A stretch of DNA of 62,957 nt, filler included, from Olpidium bornovanus S191 (Eukaryota > Fungi > Olpidiomycota): assembly GCA_017911155.1 (NCBI GenBank). It is 30 parts of 30 records of this genome, joined end to end, with 100 filler letters (N's around TTAATTAATTAA, not from the genome) between each part and the next. Parts side by side here need not be neighbours in the genome. Positions count along the whole stretch, not along the records: positions 25,633 to 28,006 come from JAEFCI010003196.1; positions 28,107 to 30,596 come from JAEFCI010000202.1; positions 30,697 to 32,620 come from JAEFCI010000187.1; positions 32,721 to 35,078 come from JAEFCI010008353.1; positions 35,179 to 36,484 come from JAEFCI010013110.1; positions 36,585 to 37,608 come from JAEFCI010002750.1; positions 37,709 to 38,940 come from JAEFCI010000808.1; 23 more parts are not named here. The stretch is one strand, 5' to 3'. Position 1 is the first letter of the stretch. Each line of letters starts with the position of its first letter. A program made the position numbers and the translations under genes. Shown here piece after piece: positions 27,134 through 37,898 of this stretch. The notes below the pieces were generated by a model. That model was not told the DNA's origin. It saw only the letters and a list, made by a program, of their open reading frames with translations, and searched no databases.

Positions 27134-27757
27134 TGGAAATGTCCGCCGGCTTCGAAGCACATAAAACGGGGGGGTTTGCCGGGGATCGACGCCGACCTCA
27201 AACGGGCCGGGAACCCGGCCGACGCTGCCGCGGCAGTCCTCAACTTCCTCCTCGGTGCGACGACGGCGCCAGACGCAGGCGCGGGCCAGCACCGGAGGGA
27301 CCTCAAGAGTGCAGTGGACGCTGCGGCCGCCGGCGCGATCAGCGAGGGGGCTCTGGCAGCGCCGTGGAGCATGCTTGCGCGCTTGGCGGCCGACCCGAAA
27401 TCGCACGGGGCGTCTGGACGGCTGCCCGCCTTCCTTTAGTTCGCACCGGGTGCAGAGGCCCACCGGTCAGTGCCACCAGCTGGGTCGGGCGGTCGGCGGT
27501 CGGCGGGGTGTCCGGGCCGGAGTTGAGAGGAACGGGGGTGCGCCGTGGCCTGCTCCTTGGGGTGGCTAATGCTGGAAACGAAACCGGGTGGGAGGCGGGG
27601 TGGGTGGAAAAGGTCTCACTCGGAAAGTGCCGCCGCTTCCTCCAGCGCACTTCGCAGACCGGGCCTGCCCCGCATTTCGGACCCTGTATGCAATACCGGC
27701 CAAGGGCAAAACATGGCATAGTGTCATGCAAGAAATCATCCCCAAAGCTGGCCAAAG

Positions 27758-27788
<31 letters not shown>

Positions 27789-28121
27789 AGACAGCCAATC
27801 TGTGCAATAATCGGACGGAGAAAACTGGTTTGCTGCGTGCGATGCTCAACGTGTCTAGGTTTTGCAGTTTGACATGCGGCGGTACAAACATGCAAGTTGG
27901 AACGCCGCTCCTTTCATTATTGCAAGCAGCGAGACCTGTGGGCCGGTGCGAACCCGTGCCTTCCGCGGTTACTCGGCTTGCACGTGGCTCCTGTCCCGAC
28001 CAGGGCNNNNNNNNNNNNNNNNNNNNNNNNNNNNNNNNNNNNNNNNNNNNTTAATTAATTAANNNNNNNNNNNNNNNNNNNNNNNNNNNNNNNNNNNNNN
28101 NNNNNNAGCGTTGCCCGGGGG

Positions 28122-28584
28122 ATGACGAACGACGCCGGGAGGCTCCTGGGTGTCCGGGAGGTCCGGCTCCGGTTCATGGCGACTCGCAGGCCGGCCCACG
28201 ATGCCGTCCCGCTCGCAGCCGCGGTCACCCACTCCGTCGTCGTCCCCGCCTACAAGGAGGGCCCCAACCTGCGCCCGCTGGTGACCCGCCTGTTCGCCGC
28301 GCTGGCCGGCCCCGCGTCGCCCGTGGACGCGCGCCACGCGGAGGTCGTCGTCGTCGACGACAACAGCCGCGACGGCTCCGTCGAGGAGGTCGAGGCGCTG
28401 CGCGCCGAGGGGTACAACGTCCGCATAATCGTCCGCACCGCCGAGCGCGGTCTCAGCAGCGCCGTCGTCCGAGGCTTCAGGGAGGCGCTGGGGGAGAGCA
28501 TGGTGTGCATGGACGCTGATCTGCAGGTAAAAAGTAGGGGAGGTGTCGGTGGCGGGACCCCGCCGATGTGCGCGACGTGCTGCA

Positions 28585-28625
<41 letters not shown>

Positions 28626-29468
28626 TTTTTCCGTTGCGCCGCTTCGGCGCGCCGCACTGGATCGGCGCGAAGCGAGGCCGGCTGCTCGCTTTGCGCTATC
28701 CGCCGCGGCCCTAAACCCACCGCCTTTTGACGAAACCTTTGCCTGTGCCGGACGTTTTCGCGGGTGCGCGATCTTGGCGTGCGGCTCGCCCGGGGGGTAA
28801 CGCTTTCATTCCGTCTGCACGCAGCACCCGCCAGAGTCGGTGCCTGCGCTCCTGGGAATGCTTTCCGAGACGCGGCCCTTTGTCATCGCGACTCGGTACG
28901 GCGCCGGGGTGAAGATGGACGAGAGCTGGCCTCTGCACCGCCGCGTCATATCAACCGGCGCTCGCCTGCTGTCGCGGCCTCTGACCGGCGTGAACGACCC
29001 GATGACAGGGTTCTTTGGACTCAGGAAGAAAACGGTGCGTTTTTTATCAAGCACGCTTTATCCGCCCACACGCCCCGCGAGGGGAAGAGGGGAGGACTGG
29101 GGGGCCGGAAAGAAGGAGGGGGGGGGGGAGGGTCGGTGGTGAGGTCTTAGCTCACAGGCGTGCCTCGCCCTTGGCGTTTCCAGTTCCTCCGGGCCGGGAG
29201 CGTTAACCCGCACGGCTTCAAGATCGCGCTCGACCTGCTTGTCAAGGCCAAGATCCCCGCGTCGAGCGTGTGCGAGTACCCGTTCTCGTTCGGCGTGCGC
29301 ACCGCAGGCGAGAGCAAGCTCGATTCCAAGGTCATGGTCCGGTACCTCGAACAGCTGGCCGAGCTGTACCGGTTTCGGTTTGGCCCCTTTGTGTACGTTT
29401 TTCTCCTCTCCGCAGTCTTGGCCGTCCTGTGCGTCACATTCCTGGCAGCCCGGATGCTCTGGACGTGA
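28122..29468 (+). CDS. DPM1: Dolichol-phosphate mannosyltransferase, GT2, with C-terminal TM tail
   Basis: SVVVPAYKEGPNL, VVVDDNSRDGS, ERGLSSAV, CMDADLQ-HPPE, DPMTGFFGL, GFKIALDLLVK, FGVRTAGESKL and a hydrophobic C terminus. Confidence 0.95.
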
Positions 29469-30696
29469 AAACGAGCTTTTAAATGTTTATTTGAACGCTC
29501 ACGCTTTTGCCACTGGGGAAGAATAAATTATACGGCGGAAATTCCCGCCTAAATGCTTTCGCGCAAATTCAAAATTCGGATCGAGCGAGCAGTGGCGGCT
29601 CAGTGCGGGGCCCTCCAGTGGGGGAGTGGGCGGGCGGGAGGGGCTCTCTGAATAACAGTCGCTGTGAGTTTTCCGGTAGACCGATTCCGCGGTCACGAGG
29701 TGAACAACCGTGAGCAAAAATGACGTGGCTGTCGGATGCAGTCATTGACGGCCAACAGGTCGACCACTCAAATGCGTGAACGCCGACCTCGCAGGACATT
29801 TACTCCCGATGTCACCGGCTAATAGACACATGTTGACACGCGCCAAGCACGGTTGCTCAACGATCAGAGTCCGGTTTTTGATTTCCGCGGGCCGTCCTCC
29901 CGTTCAAATCGCCAAAGAGGGAATTCGCGGCCCGAAAAGCGCGACGACCGCGGCCCCGAGCGGCCCGTCGGAAAACCGGCCGGCGGACCGTGGCGGATTG
30001 ATTACGGCGACGGTGGGGGGGTCTGACAGCGCGCGGGGACCGGCGAAGCAGCAAGGATAACGAGAAACGCGGGCGGGTCGCGGAGCCTTACCCTGTTGCT
30101 CTCTGCTCTCGTTGAAGGACAAGCAGCCCGAATATGCTTCCGGCCGGCTGGAGGAGGTGGGGGGGAAGAGGGCCGCGGCTCAAGGTGATATCCGCGCCCG
30201 GCCGAGGGCGCTGCGTTTAGGGCGGACGAAAGCTGCCCGCCACCCGGCCGCCGCGTCCGGACAGGATGCGCGATGGAGACCGGTTTTTTGAAACCGCTCG
30301 CTCCTCCCGGTGCCAACGGCGGCGGCGGCTGCTGCGACACCGCCCGGCTCACCGCGGTGTAATCGCCACGGCGTCGATCGGCCGTGGAAAAGCCTTTGAT
30401 GTGAAATCTGGCGGCCGTTTGGCACCACCCCCCGGCCTTTCTCCTCACTTCGATCTGGGCTGCAAAGCGCGGGGCCATGGGAGGCGCGCGGGGCCCGCGA
30501 GCAATCTGGACGGCTCGAGGGTTGATCGGTAGCGCTGGCGGTGTTCGAGGCGGCCGGTGGAGAATGATGCGGAGCTGAAACACGGCGCGGTCTTTCNNNN
30601 NNNNNNNNNNNNNNNNNNNNNNNNNNNNNNNNNNNNNNNNTTAATTAATTAANNNNNNNNNNNNNNNNNNNNNNNNNNNNNNNNNNNNNNNNNNNN

Positions 30697-32620
30697 CGCC
30701 GCCTCCCCGCCCGCCCCCGTTGGCGGGAGGCCCCCCCGCCCCCCCCCCCCCCCCCCCCCCCCATGCCAGCGACTCTAACTCCTGAACAGAAGAAGGCTTT
30801 TGACAACTGGTTTTAAGAGCGTTACTCCCGTCAATCGTCCGCCCTCGGCGCGGGCTCCCAGTCCCTGTCTGGGTCAACTCAGGACAAACTGGTTGCCAAC
30901 CGCCGCCGCATGGTTGACTTCTTGAAGTTCTTGTGGCGTTTCCGAAACGCGGCCTCGCTTGACCAAACACACTCTATTTTGTCGCTGCGCCGGTAATGCC
31001 GCGTTTTTCTCGTTGCCGACGAAGTAATTCGTAGAAGTAATTTCGTTTTTCTTCTTTTCTTCTTCCCCCCTTTTCAGGACCGTTGCCGTCGCGTATGCCG
31101 CGTCTTTCAAGGCTGATCCCATTCACTTCAGGATCCCCGACGAACCCGGAAACACGACCTTCCTTTTCTTGCCGTCCGACGCAGATTACTGTGGCCCTTT
31201 TGGGCCCACCGACTTCCAGTACGACCCTCGCCTCGCCTCGCCCCGACCGTCAACGACAAAGTTATTTTGGCTGAGGGCTTCGTCGGTCTCCATTCCGCCA
31301 ACGACACGATCTCCGACGCCCAGCTTCCCGACGATGCCGTTCGTCCGCCGCCATATGTTCCTTCCGTCGCCGACTCCGCTGGTCCGGAGCATATCCTCAA
31401 CCGTTAAACCAACTCCGCCGAATGGGCTCTTCGGACAAGGTCGACGAGCTGATCGAGGCTTCCGGATCCCGCGGCGCCCGCATGCGCCGGAACCGTGTTC
31501 TGAAGGGGCCCGAGGCCCAGAAACTCGACGCCGCCCGGGCCTTGGCCAAGGGGTCCAGTTCCGCCGGCCCTGCTCCCCGCCGTCGCCAAGTCGCCCGCCG
31601 GGGCATCTCGTCTTCGCGACGCCGTCCAGGAGCTCGAGCTCCCACCGTTCGGGCTTCCGCTCCCGCTCCAAGTTTCACTTCCTAGCTCGCTCAGTGCTCT
31701 GTTGCCCTACATTGTCCTCGCTCCGCTGCTCCTTTTCCCCCTCCTTTTCTTTGTTTTCATTGCAAAACGTATAGCCCCACCCCTGGGAAAGAGGAAGGTG
31801 ACGTCAGTCACTTCTTCTTCTCAGGGGTCCAATTCCCCCATTCTGGCGCGCTTGCCATCCCGGGTGGCGGCCTCCCTTCCTCCCCATTCCTACTTCCGCA
31901 CGAGTCCCTGACCGAGCTCGGTGTCCGCCTTCAGGTCCCGAAGCAGATGTCATACTCCCCCCCACTCCTACTACGTCGTTTCTCCTAGGAGAGCCCCTTG
32001 CGTCCCCATCGCTTGGCGGACCCCCAAATAACGATCGCACATACATCAGTGCCCCCACCGCAGCGAGGTATGGTATTTCAGCACTTACGGGCTCCTCCTC
32101 CTCCTCGCAAGGACGGAAGAATCCGCTTGTTTGTAGTCCGCTCAATAAAAAAATCTTCTTGCACTCGTCGCGTCCGCAACGGTTGCCTATGTATCTGCAG
32201 TTCGTCGCGGAATCAGGGCGTCATAGTTCCAGCATGGCGATCTAGGCATCGTCAATCTCGATAATTCCAGGAAGTCGCAGCCAAATTGGACACCTCGTTT
32301 GGATATTTTGCAGCCGGAAACTGAAAACTCATTTTGTTCTCATCCAGAGGCTCGATATTTTTTGCTCGCCCTCTGATGTCTTTTCCGCGCGCGCAATTCC
32401 CTCTTCATAATTTGTCGACTCGACCAATCCCCCCGTTTGCCGAAAAATCTTCACGCGTTTCCTCGGGTAGCGCGTCTTTAGGCGCGTCCCGTCCAATTCC
32501 TCCAGCACATACGTGGCCGTATCTTGGTAAACCTCCGCGACACGATACGGCCCGCGCCACTTCTCTTCGAACTTCCTTTCCGCTCGATGCTGTATTTCGT
32601 TCTGCGAGTTACAGAGCAGC
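30697..32620 (-). mobile_element. Degenerate LTR-retrotransposon debris: copia RT at about 32030-32620, weaker gypsy-like protease/RT traces to the left
   Basis: AEIPYLAAVGALMYV is the copia RT PY..AVG.LMY motif. The rest is only weakly similar and full of stops. Confidence 0.55.
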
Positions 32621-32720
32621 NNNNNNNNNNNNNNNNNNNNNNNNNNNNNNNNNNNNNNNNNNNNTTAATTAATTAANNNNNNNNNNNNNNNNNNNNNNNN
32701 NNNNNNNNNNNNNNNNNNNN

Positions 32721-32800
32721 CATGCAACGGTCTCTTCAGCAAACAATCTTGCAGATGGTTTAACCAAAGGCCTCACCACCCAGCATTCTCATATAGATAT
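32721..32800 (+). mobile_element. Ty1/copia RNase H C-terminal fragment
   Basis: VSSANNLADGLTKGL. Confidence 0.7.
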
Positions 32801-33099
32801 GAACACGTGCGTCCCGTTATCGTACCCTTCCTTCTCTTTTTGTATCTTTTTTTCTTTGATTTTCTTTGATTTTTTTTGATTTTCAACTTAAAAGGGGTGT
32901 TATGCGTATATACGTAGTATTTGCATATACCTTCGAACCAGAGTTTGAAGACAGAAACAGAACAAAAATACCAAAAGAAATGGAAAACGCGAAGTCTACT
33001 ACAATCGGAAATCATACTACCTCCAAGCTGCTTGTAACCATGAGGAAAGATCCATAGGCCTCGTCATTTGAATGGCCAGACAACATTGCAGATGGAAGA

Positions 33100-33420
33100 A
33101 TCTTCCACAACGGTGCCATGGCATGCGCCCTTTAACCCCTGTTGAATGTCTGCCCAGTTCGTACAGTTCCAACTCGCGCAGAAGATGGCTGTCTGCCAAC
33201 GGCAATCGTGACCACGTTTATATTTTGCGATTCAACATTTCCGAATTCGAAACATTTTGTTTCAACATACAGGATGATCGCGACGAGGTTCAACGCAGCC
33301 ATAAAGATAGCAGGCTGGCACGTACCGTGTCTGATAGAGCCTGCGTTTAGGATTCTGAGGCAAGTTCTTTTGGTTTTGCTCTGTTCGTCATGCCGCAGTG
33401 CCAAAGACAACCGGGTTCAC
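33100..33420 (-). mobile_element. Possible decayed LINE APE-endonuclease N terminus
   Basis: CLRILNAGSI...LNLVAIILYVETK resembles the L+I..N..S...D+I.+QETK motif; the frame closes soon after. Confidence 0.4.
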
Positions 33421-34056
33421 CAATGACCTCGTCGACCTCCACAACTACTTGTTCAGCTTGTAATGATCTCTACGAGCAGGACAAGGAGGACTGGCAATGG
33501 TCCTGCAGAACACAATTGCGAATACCCTGAGCCTTGCAACAGGGAAGCTGCCAGCGCTGCCTCGCAGGGAGCGGTATCATATTCTTGTACCACAGTGCAG
33601 TGCCAGCGTTTGGAGAGTGAAATCACCCCAAGGAGCTCTTTTTGTACAACGGAGAGCGAAGGGTAGATGAAGGAAGGAATTGAAACAGCTTTTTTGCGCT
33701 GTGGGAGCCCGCTGTGGATTTTGTGCTTTGGATTCCAAACTGTAACCTTATTTTTATGGTTGACAATTTGGCGTGTGTTTTGACCGCTGCGGGGAACCCG
33801 CCCTGACATGGGGATTCCGATGGGATTAACAGGGAATGGCAGCGCGTGAAGACCTGGAAAGCAGCGCTCATTCCGCGGTCAAATTCCCTCGGCAGCGTTC
33901 AGCCCGGGCCAAATTGTGGCTTGCCCGCTAGAACGTCTCCCCGGCCCTTTCTTTTCCTTCCTCCGGTCTGTGAGATACGCCGACCACCTCACTCAACGAA
34001 AAACTAAAAACTTCCGAGCCTGGCGAGCGACGGACGCAAGCGGCGGTGGAGGATCG

Positions 34057-34783
34057 ATGGCGGCACGCGCTTTCTCTGGGAAACTCACTGTGGGCCGCGG
34101 CGCTCCTCCTTCTGCGGCTCTGAACTCCCTTTTCCCTCCCGTTCCCCCTTTACCCCTACCCGTCCAAACTGCCATCACTCGGGGTAGCGCGACGAGGCCC
34201 CGTGCTTCCACTCGTCGGGCGCTGACTGCTGGTTTCGAAACGTCACGTGTACAGGGCTGCCTAAACGAGCACGACCTGGCGCGGGTGGAGGAACACCAGG
34301 AAGCAGCGTTAGTGCGCTCCGGGATTGAAAACGGCGGCCCGTGGGCGCCACAGGCCAACTGCTCTGTGTCATAGCTTCCCGCTAACGGCCGGTTATTTCG
34401 CGGGGCGCGGGGGATTAAAAATAAATAGTTCCGCGGCGCTCAAAGCTGCGTACGAGAACCTCCACACATTCAACGAGTTCAGCGCCGCGCGGTACGCGGA
34501 GATCGCGTCGCAGTTCGAAGGCCACACGCGGGTATTGCGGGAGATGAAGCAGGATCTGGACGCCGTGTTCAGGCGCATACGGTAACTTGCGAGTTTTCTA
34601 TTGGATGGTACCACTCTTTTTGCTCGAAGGCAATCTGCGCCTGGAGCTCACCCCTATCGGGATTATCCGAACCTGCTGCGACGCTCAATCAGCAATTTGA
34701 AACGGAACGTTGCGGCAGCGTTTCCAGCGCAGTACGAAATCATTCCAAAACGACCTCCCTCCAACCCAGATGAGGACGAATGA
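34057..34783 (+). CDS. KXD1: KxDL-motif protein (BORC/BLOC-1-related), 4 exons
   Basis: Spliced MAARAFSGKLT-GCLNEHDLARVEEHQEAA-...YENLHTFNEFSAARYAEIASQFEGHTRVLREMKQDLDAVFRRIR-NLKRNVAAAFPAQY. Confidence 0.88.
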
Positions 34784-35646
34784 AATGCCGTCTACATATA
34801 TTTCGGGACAAAATTTCCTGATTAATATACAAAGCTGTACACTGGGGCGTTTTGAATCGGAAGATTGCAAGTTCCGAGATGTTCGGATTGGGTTAACCGT
34901 ATTTTCGTGGCAGTTAAACAGTGCGCGGCAGGAGTTTTCACCACCCGATTGTCCTCCCATGCTCGGGACCTGCCAAACATCCCCGGTAAATCTCTCTCGG
35001 CACCTTTCCGCCCTCGAGGTGACGTTCCACGATAACGGGGACGTGGCACGGTGTCACTCGTCCATACCAAATCCCACCNNNNNNNNNNNNNNNNNNNNNN
35101 NNNNNNNNNNNNNNNNNNNNNNTTAATTAATTAANNNNNNNNNNNNNNNNNNNNNNNNNNNNNNNNNNNNNNNNNNNNACGCCAAGGCACGGAACCAGGA
35201 AAGCGATAAGGAGAACGGGAAATTGGACGAGGAGTGTTTGATCAACGTGTGCATACTCGTCGCCTCCTTCAAAATGGGCTTGTGGGCGGGGGGGGGGGGG
35301 GAGAAATGCATGGGTTTCATTACACCTAAGTGGCTCCCGTAAATTTGCCCCCCTGATTCGGCGTCTTGCAGGCAGATCCCTTGCCTGGAATATGCAAGAA
35401 TTATCCCAGCTTCCGCGAGCTCGCTCTTCATCCTTGTAAATGCCTATCGATTCAGAAGAAAGTAGGAATTCGTTGAAGCCAAAACTGAGAAGCCCAGTAA
35501 CGCGCAGGGCGACAATTGGAAATTCCAGTGCCCTTTGCAGGGAGAACTTTTACAAACGAGCAATACTTGAAAGCTTCAACTGGTCCGTGTTTTGCGTGAT
35601 GCTTTTTCCCACTCTTCGCTGAAGCCCAACTTATTTCATATCATCT

Positions 35647-36111
35647 ATGGACTTCTCCCTCCGCTCCTCCCTCCCCGCCGGCGACTTTCTCGGTCGCAAA
35701 GAGCGACAGAACGAGTACCGGCGACTCCAGCAGGCACACCACGTCCGAAAATTTATCACGCTCCCGTCGGCCTTGCTGGCGGAAGCTGCTCTCCGGAAGG
35801 TCAAAAAAACGGAGGATCGCAAATGCGCGGAAGCCAGGCTTCGCCTTGCTGATGCCCGAACTAAAAGAGACCAAGCGCTTTTACAAGCCGCGGCCCTGCT
35901 GGAAACAGCTGCATTGCCGGAACTAGGGGGCAACGCAGGCTGTGGTCCAGGTCATTCACCTGCAGCCTCTGCGAAAGCTGTGCTAGCTAACGCGGAAAAC
36001 GTCATTCAGGTTTTGGAGCGCGTCGCCGCACATTTGGTGGAACCAATCAGACCCCTGGCCCCGCCCCTCCGTGACGACCGACGAGTCGCAGCCGACGTAT
36101 CAACTCGCTGA
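35647..36111 (+). CDS. Hypothetical 154-aa intronless protein, coiled-coil-like
   Basis: ATG-initiated ORF with an Ala/Leu/Arg helical stretch; no family recognised. Confidence 0.4.
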   Translation: MDFSLRSSLPAGDFLGRKERQNEYRRLQQAHHVRKFITLPSALLAEAALRKVKKTEDRKCAEARLRLADARTKRDQALLQAAALLETAALPELGGNAGCGPGHSPAASAKAVLANAENVIQVLERVAAHLVEPIRPLAPPLRDDRRVAADVSTR

Positions 36112-37148
36112 ATTCAAGCCCCCACCGCGAACGCGTCGGACTCGGACCGTTCTGCCGGTTTTATATTTTTCTGCGCAAGGGCATCCCCCAACGGCGTGTT
36201 CTTTGCTAAGCCGTGGTTGATGCCCTGCTATGGTATGACGCCCGTTACGGAAAAGCGCATCGCAAAGAACTGCCAAATAGCGATCCATCAAATGCCGCGG
36301 AATATAGTCGCTTCGCGTTTTATCGCACGCCACCCGTTCTAGTCGAAACGCAACGCCCGCAGCGGCATATATTTGGGCTGCATCTGTAAATTACGTCGCG
36401 CGGCGGATGGTGCGAGTGCGCGCGCGCGCGCGGGCGTGGGCCTAGGCGTCCAAGACTTTGCTGGCAGCCTGCGTCGCTTACATGNNNNNNNNNNNNNNNN
36501 NNNNNNNNNNNNNNNNNNNNNNNNNNNNTTAATTAATTAANNNNNNNNNNNNNNNNNNNNNNNNNNNNNNNNNNNNNNNNNNNNCCATGATATTATCGCG
36601 CAACCCCCCTCGAGAAATTTGGTAAACGTATAGTGAACTATCGTCCGTCCCGAGCCCGTTGGTTGAGTCCCCGCCTGCAACATTAGCTCATCGCCCACAG
36701 TAGAGGAGTTGTTAGATCAAGTGAAAGGGGTCAACACCGCCGAGTCAATTTTGGACAGCGGAACTCTATAAGCTCCAAAAACGTTTTTGGCTGCGCTAAT
36801 TAACGAGTCTCGGGTTACTAGATCCACTGGCTTGCGATTCATGCCGTGAGTTAAATTCCTGATACGTCGTCTTGCATGGCAAACGAAAGGGGGGCAAAGG
36901 CAACACATCCGCGAACGTGCAGTATGGGCAGCAATGAGGAAGCATGAAACATGGGAGCGGAGAGGGAGGGGGGGAAGGAAGAGGGGAGGTGGTGGGGGAA
37001 AGAGCGTTCCAGGGCAAAAAGAAGCCGATAAACTGGGGGCAATAGGCAAAACAATCCACGAGCATGCTCGCGCAGGTCGCGAAACAATGCCGCCGTTAGG
37101 CCGAATACTTGCAATGATGGTAAGGTGCGGCGCTGTGCGTGCACCTGT

Positions 37149-37299
37149 TCAGCCGTCGACCTCCATTTGCTGAACCTTCTCTGACTCGATCTTGTGGACC
37201 TCCTCCTTTCTCTGCGCGAGCGGCGAGATGACGAGGTCGATTCCGCTTTTGATGCTCTGCACAGCCCACTCCTTGTGACGCTGCTTATTGCCAGCCATT
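37149..37299 (-). CDS. Terminal exon of an unidentified gene
   Basis: CAG acceptor, then WAGNKQRHKEWAVQSIKSGIDLVISPLAQRKEEVHKIESEKVQQMEVDG*; looks protein-like but family not recognised. Confidence 0.5.
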
Positions 37300-37709
37300 C
37301 TGTGTAGGATTCACAAAGAGAACCCGTCGTCAGCCAGCGGTAACCGTCGACCTCTTACCGCGAAACAGCGAAAGTCGAGGCGGTGATGAAAGGGACGGGG
37401 GGGGGGAGAGAAAAGAAGGAGGACAACAACACACCTGCTTTTGAAGAATTCTCGTTCCCTCTTTGCCTTGACCTGCTGAACGGTCTTCATGGGCCCACCA
37501 CTTTTGAACGGCCTCCTGGTTTTTTTTTTGTTCTTACAAACTCCGACCGCCGCTTTGGAGGTTGTAGGGGGGGCGGGGCTTGAGAAGACCGCCCGCAGTT
37601 GGAATTGANNNNNNNNNNNNNNNNNNNNNNNNNNNNNNNNNNNNNNNNNNNNTTAATTAATTAANNNNNNNNNNNNNNNNNNNNNNNNNNNNNNNNNNNN
37701 NNNNNNNNC

Positions 37710-37898
37710 ATGATCCAGATCGACCCGCAAAAAAGGCCCGACATCAGCGAAGTATACGAGGTGGCTAGGGCGAACGTCAATAAACACGCGGCGGCGGCGG
37801 CGGCGGCGGCGGCGGGGGCGGCGTCTTCTGCGGCCGGAACGAAATCCCCTGATCAGCAGCCGACGGCGAAAAGCGAGGAGACCGCGCCGATCACGTGA
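37710..37898 (+). CDS. C terminus of a protein kinase, NEK6/7-like
   Basis: MIQIDPQKRPDISEVYEVA is kinase subdomain XI and most resembles NEK6/7 (PDPEKRPD..YVY.VA). It is followed by a poly-Ala tail. Confidence 0.65.
   Translation: MIQIDPQKRPDISEVYEVARANVNKHAAAAAAAAAGAASSAAGTKSPDQQPTAKSEETAPIT

Noticed and set aside
26756-27439. 227-aa + strand ORF
   Set aside because: Largely antisense to TMLHE 5' exons, no recognisable motif, and long ORFs are common at this GC content.
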